From an uncultured bacterium (GTDB taxonomy: Bacteria; Patescibacteriota; Saccharimonadia; UBA4664): a stretch of DNA of 64,000 nucleotides. The notes under the pieces were generated by a model. The model saw only the letters and a program-made list of their open reading frames with translations. It was not told the DNA's origin and ran no database searches. The DNA is taken from the NCBI GenBank assembly GCA_963720265.1, contig CAVRET010000002.1:520704-584703 (forward strand), in the 5' to 3' direction. A program made the translations under genes and the position numbers. Of the stretch, positions 1-9,650 are shown piece after piece. Every line of letters begins with the position of its first letter. The first letter of the stretch is position 1.

Positions 1-151
1 ACCAAGCGTTCTCACTAAATTGGGGGTCTTGCAAGTCTTCCGGTACAGCCGGAATCTTCTTGCCCACTATGTACAATTCCTCTAACCGCTCGCGGTCTTC
101 CGGACTCTCGGCCTCAATATTATTTGCTAACAATGCTTGCGGCGTATCCAT
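1..151 (-). CDS. hypothetical protein, partial (runs off the window's 5' edge)
   Basis: Minus-strand open frame from ATG at 151-149 (MDTPQALLANNIEAESPEDRERLEEL...). A GAGGGGA Shine-Dalgarno-like stretch lies ~8 nt upstream. Sits downstream of nrdR on the same strand. Confidence 0.35.
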   Translation of the reverse strand, partial: MDTPQALLANNIEAESPEDRERLEELYIVGKKIPAVPEDLQDPQFSENAW

Positions 152-195
152 GCGGTTTCCCCTCATGTATTAGTTTGTTGTTTGTGGAGTGGTTT

Positions 196-651
196 TTACG
201 GCTCATCGTGGAGCAACTCCCGGACTTCGCGCTGGAACGACTCGGCATCCTCAAAGTCGCGGCAGACGCTGGCAAAGCGCAAATAGGCGACATGATCGAT
301 GCCCTTCAGCTCTTCCATGACCAGTGCGCCAATCAGCGCTGCCGGCACTTCGCGGCTCTTTTTGGCCCTTAGGCCGGCCTCGATGGCGTCAACCATGGCG
401 TCAACCTGAGCGTCAGCCACCGGCCGCTTGGCTACCGCCAGGCGGATGCCGGCCCTGAGTTTCTCGGGCTGAAAGCTTTCCTTGCGGCCGTCATGCTTTA
501 CCACCGCCATATCAAGCGGTTCAACCCGCTCGTAGGTTGTAAAGCGCTGATGGCAGCCCAAGCATTCCCGGCGCCGTCTGGTGCTGGTTGCGTCACTCTC
601 ACGCTTATCCACCACCTTTGTATCACCGTTTTCGCAAAATGGGCAAACCAT
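196..651 (-). CDS. nrdR: transcriptional repressor NrdR
   Basis: 151 aa. N-terminal zinc ribbon (CPFC...CLGC) followed by an ATP-cone. The MVCPFCENGDTKVVDKRE motif is characteristic of NrdR. Confidence 0.9.
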   Translation of the reverse strand: MVCPFCENGDTKVVDKRESDATSTRRRRECLGCHQRFTTYERVEPLDMAVVKHDGRKESFQPEKLRAGIRLAVAKRPVADAQVDAMVDAIEAGLRAKKSREVPAALIGALVMEELKGIDHVAYLRFASVCRDFEDAESFQREVRELLHDEP

Positions 652-867
652 TTGCTTTGCCTCCAGCTCACATTATCGTTAGTTGTTTTTTAGTTGCTGC
701 ACCACAACGAGTTGTGCTACATTAGCAGTATGCACCCCACATATTGTGGGCGTCAACAAGAAAAGTTACATCAAAATAGTGCTATAATTAGTACAGCAAT
801 GTGAGGTGCCAAACCTCTATTTATTTCGGCCTCAGTCGAAATTAAGCAAAGGATGAAAAGGAGAAAC

Positions 868-1188
868 ATGATCAAGACTGTTAACAAATCAACCTTCCAA
901 AATGATGTCTTAGGCGCCGACAAGCCGGTGCTCGTCGACCTCTGGGCCGAATGGTGCGCACCGTGCCGCGCTATGGAGCCGGCGATTGAAGCCGTGGCCA
1001 AGGAATTTGAAGGCCGGATTGAGGTTGCCAAACTCAACGTCGATGAAAACCCGGAAATTGCGCAGTCGCTTGGAGTCATGAGCATTCCCACCATGCTGCT
1101 ATTCAAGAATGGACAGCCGGTGAGCCGCATGGTGGGGCTCGCCACCAAAGACCGCCTTGCAGGCGCTGTAAATGCGGCTCTAGCGTGA
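868..1188 (+). CDS. trxA: thioredoxin
   Basis: Thioredoxin fold with [13 protein letters not shown] active site; note CAPC rather than CGPC. AAAAGGAG Shine-Dalgarno 5 nt upstream of ATG 868. The track ORF starts at 853. Confidence 0.85.
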   Translation: MIKTVNKSTFQNDVLGADKPVLVDLWAEWCAPCRAMEPAIEAVAKEFEGRIEVAKLNVDENPEIAQSLGVMSIPTMLLFKNGQPVSRMVGLATKDRLAGAVNAALA

Positions 1189-2147
1189 CGGTCCGGGACG
1201 TTATCATTGTCGGCTCTGGGCCGGCCGGCTACACGGCTGCCCTGTATTCGGCGCGCGCCAGCCTAAAGCCACTCCTTATCGAGGGTGAACCAGTCGGCGC
1301 CGGCGACCAGCCCGGCGGCCAGCTCATGAATACCACCACGGTTGAAAACTATTCCGGCCGCCCCAACGTGCAGGGGCCGGAGCTCATGACGTCGATGCGC
1401 GAGCAAGCGCTCGAATTCGGTACCGAGGTTATCCCCAAGCGCGCCACCAAGGTCGACCTCAGCCAACGACCATTCAAAGTCTGGGCCGGCGATGACGAAT
1501 ATCGCGCCCACACACTCATTGTGGCAACCGGTGCATATTCCGTTATGCTTGGCCTAGATGACGAACAACGCCTGCTCGGCCGCGGTGTTTCCACCTGTGC
1601 CACCTGCGACGGCTTCTTTTTCCGTGGCCGGGATATCGCAGTAGTCGGCGGTGGTGACTCCGCCATGGAAGACGCCCTCTTCCTGACCCGGTTTGCCAAT
1701 TCTGTTACCATGATTGTCCGCCGCGACGCTTTGCGCGCCAGCCGGATCATGCAGGACCGCGCGGCAGTCGATCCCAAAATCAAGTTCCTCTGGAATACTG
1801 AAGTGGTTGGTCTAACCGGCGATGACAAACTAGAAAGCATTACTGTCCGCGATAAAGCCGCCGGTGATACCGCGGAGCTAGCTGTTAGTGGCATGTTTGT
1901 GGCGATCGGTCACAAACCCAACTCCGAGCTCTTCACCGGCCAACTTGAGCTTGATCAGCACGGCTACATTAAAACCATCGGTGTTAAAACTAGCGTCCCC
2001 GGCGTGTTTGCGGCCGGTGATGTCCAGGATCCGCGCTATCGCCAGGCCATCACCTCGGCCGGCACCGGCTGCATGGCTTCGCTCGAGGCTCAAGACTTTT
2101 TAGTCAGCCACGTCGAGCCCAAGCCTGCTAAAGCTGCAGTCAGATGA
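1185..2147 (+). CDS. trxB: thioredoxin-disulfide reductase
   Basis: FAD motif [12 protein letters not shown], redox [24 protein letters not shown] start overlaps the trxA stop (GTGA). Confidence 0.9.
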   Translation: MTVRDVIIVGSGPAGYTAALYSARASLKPLLIEGEPVGAGDQPGGQLMNTTTVENYSGRPNVQGPELMTSMREQALEFGTEVIPKRATKVDLSQRPFKVWAGDDEYRAHTLIVATGAYSVMLGLDDEQRLLGRGVSTCATCDGFFFRGRDIAVVGGGDSAMEDALFLTRFANSVTMIVRRDALRASRIMQDRAAVDPKIKFLWNTEVVGLTGDDKLESITVRDKAAGDTAELAVSGMFVAIGHKPNSELFTGQLELDQHGYIKTIGVKTSVPGVFAAGDVQDPRYRQAITSAGTGCMASLEAQDFLVSHVEPKPAKAAVR

Positions 2148-2734
2148 AAAATGCCGTCATCGTCCATGGTTGGGCGAGTAAGTCGGAATACTACAGCTCG
2201 GATTACCCGTCATTAAGCAACTCTCATTGGGAACCTTGGCTACAAAAGCAGCTGCTTCTGAATGAGATTGCTGCTCAGACTCCAGAAATCCCGCGAACCT
2301 TCGACTTCGATTACGCCACTTGGCGGCACGAGTTTGAGCGCTATGATATTACTCCGCAAACGGTTCTTGTCGGGCACAGTTGTGGTGGTGGGTTCCTGGT
2401 ACGTTGGCTAAGTGAGAACCGGACAGTGCAGGTTGGGCCGGTTGTACTCGTTGCGCCATGGTTCGGCACACCGTTTGAGGGCATTGTCAATGACCAGGAC
2501 AAGGCGGACAAATTTTTTGATGTCACAATCGATCAAGCCCTGGTTAAACGCACGGCTAAACTCGTCATTTTTAACTCGGATAATGATTCCGACTCCGTCC
2601 ACGAAAGTGTGACTATGCTAAGGTCGGCTTTGGCTGGCGCAAAATACCGTGAATTCCATAACTTCGGCCACTTCTGCTTCGAAGACATGAAAACCGACCA
2701 ATTCCCTGAACTGTTACACGAGATCTTGAGCTAG
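2144..2734 (+). CDS. alpha/beta-fold serine hydrolase (RBBP9/YdeN-like)
   Basis: GHSCGG nucleophile-elbow motif, ~196 aa. ATGA overlap with trxB. Confidence 0.55.
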   Translation: MKNAVIVHGWASKSEYYSSDYPSLSNSHWEPWLQKQLLLNEIAAQTPEIPRTFDFDYATWRHEFERYDITPQTVLVGHSCGGGFLVRWLSENRTVQVGPVVLVAPWFGTPFEGIVNDQDKADKFFDVTIDQALVKRTAKLVIFNSDNDSDSVHESVTMLRSALAGAKYREFHNFGHFCFEDMKTDQFPELLHEILS

Positions 2735-2736
2735 CC

Positions 2737-3765
2737 TTAGCGCACAAACTCCGGCTCCGGCTCCAGCGTAATCCCAAACGTCCGCTGCACCGTGCGTACT
2801 ATCAGTTCCACGAGTTTCATAAGCTGTGCAAAATCGGCTCTGTTCGAGTTGGTAATCACGAGCCAATGCTTCGGCCATAGGCTCAGGCCAAAATGTTCCT
2901 GGCCGTCGAGTCCGCAGTGCTCCACCAGCCAGCCGGCAGCAATCTTGTAGTTGCCCTCGTAGGCATACGACGGTACTCGTTCAAACTGCGCTTCCAGCTC
3001 TGCCAACTTCGCTTCATCAACAATCGGGTTCTTAAAAAACGAGCCCACATTCGGTACCACCATCGGATCCGGCAAAATCCGCGCCCGCACTGCCATCACG
3101 CCGTCTCGAATTTGCGCGAGGCTCGGGTTGCGAATGCCCTGTTCGTCTAAATAGCGCTTGAGTGACTCGTAGGTCGGCGCTTTGGGCGGTCGCTTATTAA
3201 GTTTCAGGGTAACACTGGTTATCACAAACCGTCCGGCCCACTCGCCGCGAAACTTGCTCGAACGGTAAACAAACCCACAATCCGCAGCCGGTATGGTCAC
3301 AAACTCGCGTTCATCCATGTCATAAGCCTCGAGCTCAACTAGTGTATCCGCAATTTCCTGACCATACGCCCCGGCATTTTGCACCGGCGTAGCGCCCGTT
3401 GTGCCGGGGATCATACTCATGGCTTCAACGCCGGCCAGCCCCAGCTCAACCGTCCGTGCCACCACGTCGTCCCAGTGTTCGCCGGCGCCTACGGTCAGGC
3501 GCACCGACTCGCCTTGGGTCACCGGTTCGAATCCGGTAAGCTCCACCTTCAGCACGAGCCGGTGCAACGGCCCATCGCTCACCACAATGTTCGACCCCTC
3601 GCCCAGTACAAACACCCGCACACTGTGTCCTGCCGCCCAATCACAGGCCGCTTGCACTTCCGCCCTCGTTGTCGCCACCACAAAATAATCTGCCGGCCCG
3701 CCAATCTTAAGCGTGGTGTAGCCTGCCAGTGACACCTGCTGCCGGACCTCTGTAGCCGGTCTCAC
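2737..3765 (-). CDS. murB: UDP-N-acetylenolpyruvoylglucosamine reductase
   Basis: FAD-binding MurB-type N-terminus (YTTLKIGGPADYFVV...FVLGEGSNIV) and a MurB C-terminal domain. Confidence 0.85.
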   Translation of the reverse strand: MRPATEVRQQVSLAGYTTLKIGGPADYFVVATTRAEVQAACDWAAGHSVRVFVLGEGSNIVVSDGPLHRLVLKVELTGFEPVTQGESVRLTVGAGEHWDDVVARTVELGLAGVEAMSMIPGTTGATPVQNAGAYGQEIADTLVELEAYDMDEREFVTIPAADCGFVYRSSKFRGEWAGRFVITSVTLKLNKRPPKAPTYESLKRYLDEQGIRNPSLAQIRDGVMAVRARILPDPMVVPNVGSFFKNPIVDEAKLAELEAQFERVPSYAYEGNYKIAAGWLVEHCGLDGQEHFGLSLWPKHWLVITNSNRADFAQLMKLVELIVRTVQRTFGITLEPEPEFVR

Positions 3766-4166
3766 AATGTCTGCCTGGCATTACCCAAGCCGTTGATCAG
3801 TGCAAGGACCTGCTTTGCCTCAGTCTCGGTTACGTTGTGCGTTTCATCGCCGGCCGCGGTCCCGGCCTGAGTGCCAAAAATCATCTCGTTAACATATTGC
3901 GTCAGCCGGCGGTCGCCAAACAGCTGGTACCCTATCTCGCGCACGCCGCCGTCCACCCGGTTAAATATCTGCACCTTGTAGCGTGGCACATTCGTCTCCG
4001 CCACGGTGCATTGGGTAAGGTACACGAGCACATTATCGTTGGTTAAAAACTTCTTGGTCACAATCGGCGTATGCGCGTCCTGCACTTTGTCAGCTAGAAA
4101 CCAGCTCACACTATTTTCGATCGTTGTTTTAGTAGCCTCAGTGGCGAGAGATTGCGCATCCATGCT
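3762..4166 (-). CDS. hypothetical protein
   Basis: Open frame overlapping the murB start by 4 nt. No recognisable motif. Alternative start at 4178. Confidence 0.35.
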   Translation of the reverse strand, partial: SMDAQSLATEATKTTIENSVSWFLADKVQDAHTPIVTKKFLTNDNVLVYLTQCTVAETNVPRYKVQIFNRVDGGVREIGYQLFGDRRLTQYVNEMIFGTQAGTAAGDETHNVTETEAKQVLALINGLGNARQTL

Positions 4167-4188
4167 CCAATGATACAATAAACTGCGC

Positions 4189-4265
4189 GCGCCCGTAGCT
4201 CAGTTGGATAGAGCGTTGGTTTCCGGTACCAAAGGTCGGGGGTTCGAATCCCTTCGGGCGTACCA
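4189..4265 (+). tRNA. tRNA-Arg (anticodon CCG)
   Basis: Cloverleaf drawn by hand. Acceptor GCGCCCG/CGGGCGT with a G1-U72 pair. D-arm GCTC-AGTTGGATA-GAGC. Anticodon stem TTGGT/ACCAA with loop TTCCGGT. T-loop TTCGAAT. Encoded CCA. Confidence 0.75.
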
Positions 4266-4357
4266 AGGAATTATTTATCAGTTAAAATTAAGCTCATAGC
4301 TTGACAGGCGCCGATATAATACTTATGCTTAACTCAACATAAGCAAGAAACAAAAAA

Positions 4358-4810
4358 ATGCCGAGAAAAACCAAGCGTAAACAAAGCTTTGGCGACCGCA
4401 TACTCCGTATCGGACATATGAACCTGGCGATAGCGGCGGTGTTTGTATTAGCGTTCGCTGGGGTCGGCACGTGGTTCGTAGCCAGATCCGAAGCCGCCGG
4501 CAGCTGCGTCCTTTACAAATTATATGAATACCGCCCCGGTTTTTATGGCAGCCAGTGCGTGAAGGATGTTCAATATGAACTTAGTCACCTTAGCTATCTG
4601 GGTTATGGAAATCTAGCCATTGATGGAATTTATGGTCCCCAAACTGAAGCCGCGGTCTCAAGATTCGGGTATGACAATGGCATTAATAACAGCGGTCAAG
4701 TTGGAAGTCGGACATGGGCAATCCTCTGCGCCGCCGGTTGGGAATTTCCTTCGGTCAGTAGCAATGAAGGCTGCGGCTATTGGCCGGCATATTCGTACGG
4801 AAACTTATAA
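4358..4810 (+). CDS. membrane-anchored protein with peptidoglycan-binding (PG_binding_1-like) domain
   Basis: N-terminal TM helix. LGYGNLAIDGIYGPQTEAAVSRFGYDNG matches the PGBD helix-pair motif. Confidence 0.55.
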   Translation: MPRKTKRKQSFGDRILRIGHMNLAIAAVFVLAFAGVGTWFVARSEAAGSCVLYKLYEYRPGFYGSQCVKDVQYELSHLSYLGYGNLAIDGIYGPQTEAAVSRFGYDNGINNSGQVGSRTWAILCAAGWEFPSVSSNEGCGYWPAYSYGNL

Positions 4811-5058
4811 TGCTAAATACTCTCATCCAACCCCTCTTGTTCCCGCCGCATCTGGGATTTCCAGCCCTTACTGGTCTAATTGCCGGCCTGCTACTCATTC
4901 TCGTGTTCGAAGTTTGGATGCTCGTGGACGTACTCACCAATAAAAAAATACCGACACAGCACAAAGTCTGGTGGGTCATCTGCATGTTCCTTATTCACCC
5001 GGTTACGGCCATTGTTTACTTCTTTGTTCGCTCGGCTTACAAGAAATCCAAGCGGTGA
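4780..5058 (+). CDS. small membrane protein, PLDc_N (phospholipase-D-nuclease N-terminal)-like
   Basis: Two TM helices. The HKVWWVICMFLIHPVTAIVYFFV motif is typical of the PLDc_N small-protein family. Confidence 0.5.
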   Translation: MAGIFVRKLIMLNTLIQPLLFPPHLGFPALTGLIAGLLLILVFEVWMLVDVLTNKKIPTQHKVWWVICMFLIHPVTAIVYFFVRSAYKKSKR

Positions 5059-5789
5059 GCGCGGGCGAGCCCGCGGTTGAAATAAAGCGGCTGGCCGTCG
5101 TGTTAAGCGGCGGCTTTGTCGCGCTCCAAGATATTTCAATGGAGCTCCCGACCGGAAGGATAATTGGTTTTATTGGGCCGTCCGGCGCCGGCAAAACCAC
5201 GCTCATCCGGGCCATCGTTGGGCGGCAGCATATTGCCAAGGGTACGCTCAAAGTGCTAGGTCTGCCGGCTGGGAGCCGAGCATTGCGTTCCAAATTGAGC
5301 TACATGACCCAGAATCTCTCAGTGTACCCCGACCTCACGGCGGCGCAGAACCTTGAATATTTTGCCATCATGATCGGCCTCTCGCGCCATGAACTGGGAG
5401 AAGTCGTAGGCGAGGCACTGCATACGGTTGACCTCATGCCACAAGCCCACCAACTGGCCGCCAGCCTGTCCGGCGGCCAAAAACAACGGCTGTCGCTCGC
5501 CATTGCCCTGCTCGGCCAACCCGAACTGCTCGTGCTCGATGAGCCCACTGTGGGCCTCGACCCAGTGTTGCGCGACTCAATTTGGGCGCTCTTCCGGCGC
5601 CTGCGAGACGCCGGCGCCACGCTCATCGTCTCAAGTCACGTCATGGACGAAGCTGCCCGGTGCGACGACCTCGTACTCATCCGCGACGGACGGCTGCTGG
5701 CTCACGACACTCCGGCCACACTCAAGCACTCGACCCACGCCACCACCGTCGAGCAAGCCTTTCTCAGACTGGTCGAGGAGGCCGCATGA
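5055..5789 (+). CDS. ABC transporter ATP-binding protein
   Basis: Walker A GPSGAGKTT, signature LSGGQKQR, Walker B LLVLDEPT. A GTG start at 5055 overlapping the upstream stop is more plausible than the track's 4971 start. Confidence 0.85.
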   Translation: MSAGEPAVEIKRLAVVLSGGFVALQDISMELPTGRIIGFIGPSGAGKTTLIRAIVGRQHIAKGTLKVLGLPAGSRALRSKLSYMTQNLSVYPDLTAAQNLEYFAIMIGLSRHELGEVVGEALHTVDLMPQAHQLAASLSGGQKQRLSLAIALLGQPELLVLDEPTVGLDPVLRDSIWALFRRLRDAGATLIVSSHVMDEAARCDDLVLIRDGRLLAHDTPATLKHSTHATTVEQAFLRLVEEAA

Positions 5790-6520
5790 GCCCGCGCAAC
5801 ACCCTCTTTACTGCCCGACGCGTACTGCAGCAGCTCTCGCACGACCATCGCACGCTGGCCCTTATATTGCTCGTGCCAAGCGTGCTGCTCATTATTTTCA
5901 AATACACCTTTGACCACGAGTCCGCCGTCTTCGATCAATTCGCCCCCATGATTTTAGGCATCTTCCCGCTTGTGATAATGTTTATTGTCACTTCCATCGC
6001 CACCCTGCGCGAACGCACTATCGGCACGCTCGACCGCTTGCTCACCATGCCCATTGCCAAGCTCGACTTCTTGCTCGGCTATGCGCTGGCCTTTGCCGTC
6101 CTGGCCTTGGCGCAAGCCGGTCTGGCTAGCGCTGTGCTGCTCGGCCTGCTAGGCGTCACGGTAGCCGGCGGCACGGCTCCGGTGCTCATCTGCGCCATGC
6201 TGGCCGGGCTTCTTGGCATGTCGCTAGGATTGTTTATGAGCGCCTTTGCCAAAAGCGAATTCCAGGCTGTGCAATTTATGCCGGCCGTTATCCTTCCGCA
6301 GCTACTTACCTGCGGCCTGTTTGTAGCCCGCGATCAAATGGCGAAACCCTTGCAGTGGTTCGCCAATGTTATGCCGCTCACCTACAGCGTCGATGCTCTC
6401 AAGCAAGTTACAATGAGTACCACCTGGACGCACACACTCACCCGCGACCTCACGGTTGTGGCAGCCTACACCGTGGCTGCACTCGTGCTTGGTGCGCTCA
6501 CGATTCGCCGCCGGGATTAA
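5786..6520 (+). CDS. ABC-2 type transporter permease
   Basis: Six predicted TM segments. ATGA overlap with the ATPase gene. The track's 5582 start (Arg-rich) lies inside the ATPase gene and is rejected. Confidence 0.8.
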   Translation: MSPRNTLFTARRVLQQLSHDHRTLALILLVPSVLLIIFKYTFDHESAVFDQFAPMILGIFPLVIMFIVTSIATLRERTIGTLDRLLTMPIAKLDFLLGYALAFAVLALAQAGLASAVLLGLLGVTVAGGTAPVLICAMLAGLLGMSLGLFMSAFAKSEFQAVQFMPAVILPQLLTCGLFVARDQMAKPLQWFANVMPLTYSVDALKQVTMSTTWTHTLTRDLTVVAAYTVAALVLGALTIRRRD

Positions 6521-6565
6521 CAAAATTGACAGCATAAGCGCTTTTGGCCGATCATAATACATGTC

Positions 6566-9094
6566 ATGACACGCCACTACCTTGAACCCTCGTCCGATCA
6601 TGTCGACCACCAGAGCACGGACCGGCTGATGCCTGCTGGCCCGCCACCGCTGCATCCCTCGCCCGAACCCGAGCTACTGCAACGCAGGGCCCGTTTTCGC
6701 GAACCCGCAGCCCTGTTTGGGGTGCTGGTCGTAGCCGTTTGTCTCAGCCTGTTCCTCCGCCACACGCATGCCGCTACTGCCACCAACATTGCCATTAGCG
6801 GCACCAGCACTGGTCAGACCTTCTATGGTGTGGGCGCCATTAGCGGCGGAGGTGGCAACTCACGTTATCTCAATGATTACCCGGCCGCTGAGCAGAACCA
6901 GATCATGAATTATCTATTCAAGCCTGATTACGGCGCCAACCTCCAAATCCTCAAAGTCGAAATTGGTGGCGACACCAACTCCACCGACGGCGCTGAATCC
7001 AGCATTGAGCACACTGATGGCACCATTAATTGCAACGCCGGCTACGAATGGCCGATCATGCAGCAGGCCAAGGCCCTCAACCCCAACCTCAAGCTCTACG
7101 GCCTGGCCTGGGGCGCGCCCGGCTGGATCAGCGGCCACACCTTTAATTCGCAAGACACCATCACCTATCTCGTGAGTTGGCTCAACTGCGCCAAGCAGCA
7201 CAATCTCACCATCAATTACCTCGGCGGCCAAAACGAAAAACCCTACTCCGACACTTGGTACGAGAACTTGCGTACGGCCCTCAATAACGCCGGTTTCACC
7301 GGCACCCAGATCGTGGCCGCCGACCAAGCCTCCGGCCCATCAACGTGGAACATAGCAAGCGATATTGCAGCTAGCCCCCAACTTAAGAGTGCTGTCGGCA
7401 TCGTCGGCACACACGACGTTTGCGATTACCCCACCGACGGCCTTCAGTGCACCAGTACCGCCACAGCCCAGAGCCTCGGCTTGCCACTGTGGATCTCAGA
7501 AGCCGGCCACATGAACGCCAACACCGGCGCCGCCGACTACGCCCGTACCATCAACCGCGGCTACCAAGATGCCAAGCTCACCGGCTATATTACCTGGCCC
7601 ATCATGGACGCCATGCCGCCGGGCTTAAGTCACGAAATGTTTGGCCTCGTTACTGCCGACGAGCCCTGGAGCGGCTACTACACTGCCAATCCGATCATCT
7701 GGGGCATTGCCCACACCACCCAGTTCACAGCGCCCGGCTGGCAATACGTTGATTCCGCCACGGGCTACTTCGGCGGCGACCGCACGAACGGCAGCTACGT
7801 CACGTACAAATCGCCCAACCAGGCCGATTGGACCATGGTGGCTGAAACCACTACTGCCACCAGCTCGCAAAGCTTCAGCGCCACGATTTCCGGCGGCCTA
7901 AGCACCGGCGCCGTCCATGTCTGGGCGAGCAATGTGAATTCCGCTAGCCCATCAAGCTGGTTCCAGCAACAAGCCGATATTATCCCTAACAACGGCCTCT
8001 TCAGCTATACCCTCCAGCCCGGCTACATCTACACCTTCACCACCACAACCGGCCAAAGCAAGGGCAGCGCCGGCACGGTGCCGACCGCCGGCACGCTCAA
8101 GCTCCCATACTCCGACACCTTTAGTACTATGGACAGCTCAAATGAGGCCACCTACTTCGCCACCATGCAAGGCGCCTTCGAAGGTCAGCCCTGCAAAGGC
8201 GGCGTTGCAGGGCTTTGTCTGCAGCAAATGACGCCGGTTGACCCAATCGAATGGGGCTCAGGCCCGGTCAATCCGTATACGCTCATCGGCGATAACAGTT
8301 GGGCCAATTACACTGTGCAATCAAGCGTGCTCTTCACCGCCGCCGGCAGTTCGGCCGGCGTCATCGGTCGCTTCGAAGACCAGGCCGGCGATGCTGCCAA
8401 CTTCAACGGCTACCTCTTCCAGGCCACCGATTCCGGCGCCTGGACCCTGTACAAAAATACCAACGCCGGCACTCACACCGCGCTCGCCTCAGGCACAGTC
8501 GCGGCCCTTGGCACAAACAAGTGGCATACGCTCTCACTGAAAATGCAGGGCTCGGCCCTGACGGCCGCAATCGATGGAAAAACCGTTGGCTCTGCCGCCG
8601 ACAGCTCATTCGCCTTCGGCCCCGCCGGCCTCGACACCGGCGCCTTCACAAATACCTGGCCAATTGTCCAATTCCGCAATTTCTCCGCCACCGGCACCAA
8701 TGCCGTAGGCTTCACCGGTCCGGTTTTCTCCGGCGTCATCGACAAATGCCTCGACGACTACCAGGGCAGCTCGGCCAACAATAACAAAATCGACCTCTAT
8801 TCCTGCAACTACTCCGGCGCCCAATACTTCAATGTTCCGGGCGACGGCACTATCCGCATTGCCGGCAAGTGCCTCGATATCTACCAACAGGGCAAATCCA
8901 ATGGCACTCCGGTCGAACTCTTCACCTGCAATGGCGGCACCAATCAGCAGTGGCAAGCCACGAACGGCACACTCGTCAATCCGGTATCCGGCAAATGTCT
9001 CGACGATCCCAGCTCCACCTCCAGCAACGGCACGCAGCTCGACATCAGCACCTGCGACGGCTCGCCCGGCCAGTATTGGACCCTCCCGCAATAA
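6566..9094 (+). CDS. secreted glycoside hydrolase family 59 (galactocerebrosidase-like) with C-terminal ricin-B lectin (CBM13) repeats
   Basis: Signal-anchor, then YGVGAISGGGGNSRYLNDYP...LKVEIGGDTNSTDG...GYEW...NPNLKLYGLAWGAPGW...ADEPWSGYYTANPIIWGIAHTTQFTAPGW, all of which parallel conserved GALC/GH59 blocks. A GALC-like beta-sandwich lectin domain follows. The tail carries three CLD/QxW repeats (KCLDDYQG...YSCNYSGAQYF; KCLDIYQQ...FTCNGGTNQQWQ; KCLDDPS...STCDGSPGQYWT). Confidence 0.8.
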   Translation: MTRHYLEPSSDHVDHQSTDRLMPAGPPPLHPSPEPELLQRRARFREPAALFGVLVVAVCLSLFLRHTHAATATNIAISGTSTGQTFYGVGAISGGGGNSRYLNDYPAAEQNQIMNYLFKPDYGANLQILKVEIGGDTNSTDGAESSIEHTDGTINCNAGYEWPIMQQAKALNPNLKLYGLAWGAPGWISGHTFNSQDTITYLVSWLNCAKQHNLTINYLGGQNEKPYSDTWYENLRTALNNAGFTGTQIVAADQASGPSTWNIASDIAASPQLKSAVGIVGTHDVCDYPTDGLQCTSTATAQSLGLPLWISEAGHMNANTGAADYARTINRGYQDAKLTGYITWPIMDAMPPGLSHEMFGLVTADEPWSGYYTANPIIWGIAHTTQFTAPGWQYVDSATGYFGGDRTNGSYVTYKSPNQADWTMVAETTTATSSQSFSATISGGLSTGAVHVWASNVNSASPSSWFQQQADIIPNNGLFSYTLQPGYIYTFTTTTGQSKGSAGTVPTAGTLKLPYSDTFSTMDSSNEATYFATMQGAFEGQPCKGGVAGLCLQQMTPVDPIEWGSGPVNPYTLIGDNSWANYTVQSSVLFTAAGSSAGVIGRFEDQAGDAANFNGYLFQATDSGAWTLYKNTNAGTHTALASGTVAALGTNKWHTLSLKMQGSALTAAIDGKTVGSAADSSFAFGPAGLDTGAFTNTWPIVQFRNFSATGTNAVGFTGPVFSGVIDKCLDDYQGSSANNNKIDLYSCNYSGAQYFNVPGDGTIRIAGKCLDIYQQGKSNGTPVELFTCNGGTNQQWQATNGTLVNPVSGKCLDDPSSTSSNGTQLDISTCDGSPGQYWTLPQ

Positions 9095-9191
9095 CCCTCG
9101 CAGTTGCCGCCCATTATGTGTTATAAAATGCTGGTCGCACGTTAACAAGGTAATCGTTGTGATATACGAACAAAAAGCGTACACTCAGTGT

Positions 9192-9530
9192 ATGCCTTAC
9201 GCAAATAGGAAAAAAGCCCGAGCAGCAATCCGGAAGCACTATCTCGAGAATATTGATTATTACGTTCAAAAATCAGCAGCTAAGCGAGAGCGCCTAAAAC
9301 ATATTGTGCAAAGTATCAAGGCAGCATCACCGTGCGCAGATTGCCGGCACAACTTTCCGTATTATGTAATGGATTTTGATCATATTGGTGCCAAACTCAT
9401 GAATGTGAGTAAAATGATTAAAAAGGGCAGCATAAAACCCGTCCTCGAGGAAATTGCCAAGTGTGAGGTCGTGTGTGCAAACTGTCATCGAGTACGCACA
9501 TTTATGCGCCTGAGAACTTCACCCAAGTAG
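9192..9530 (+). CDS. HNH endonuclease family protein
   Basis: Cys-rich with CADCRH...CANCHR HNH/zinc-finger motif, ~112 aa. The track's longer 8832 ORF overlaps the GH59 gene and is rejected. Confidence 0.6.
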   Translation: MPYANRKKARAAIRKHYLENIDYYVQKSAAKRERLKHIVQSIKAASPCADCRHNFPYYVMDFDHIGAKLMNVSKMIKKGSIKPVLEEIAKCEVVCANCHRVRTFMRLRTSPK

Positions 9531-9538
9531 CAAGGCAC

Positions 9539-9613
9539 GCCCCGGTAGCTCAGCGGATAGAGCACCTGTCTTCGGAACAGGGTGCGGGGGTTCGATTCCC
9601 TCCCGGGGCACCA
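9539..9613 (+). tRNA. tRNA-Arg (anticodon TCG)
   Basis: Acceptor GCCCCGG/CCGGGGC. D-arm GCTC-AGCGGATA-GAGC. Anticodon stem CCTGT/ACAGG with loop CTTCGGA. T-loop TTCGATT. Encoded CCA. Confidence 0.75.
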
Positions 9614-9650
9614 AATGCTATGTAATAATCTAAAACTAAAGGACTGACCG

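Noticed and set aside
124-372. 82-aa plus-strand ORF
   Set aside because: It lies entirely antisense to the well-supported nrdR gene and has no motif. It is a typical spurious ORF.
3521-3531. GGTTCGAATCC T-loop-like motif inside murB
   Set aside because: An isolated 11-mer within a coding region. No acceptor, D-arm or anticodon-arm context, so it is not a tRNA.
5582-6520. 312-aa ORF with Arg-rich N-terminus
   Set aside because: Its first 68 codons lie inside the ABC ATPase gene. The permease starts at ATG 5786, which overlaps the ATPase stop (ATGA).
8832-9530. 232-aa track ORF upstream extension of the HNH gene
   Set aside because: The first ~120 codons overlap the GH59 gene in another frame and are low-complexity (Ala/Pro/Ser-rich). 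The HNH domain begins at ATG 9192.
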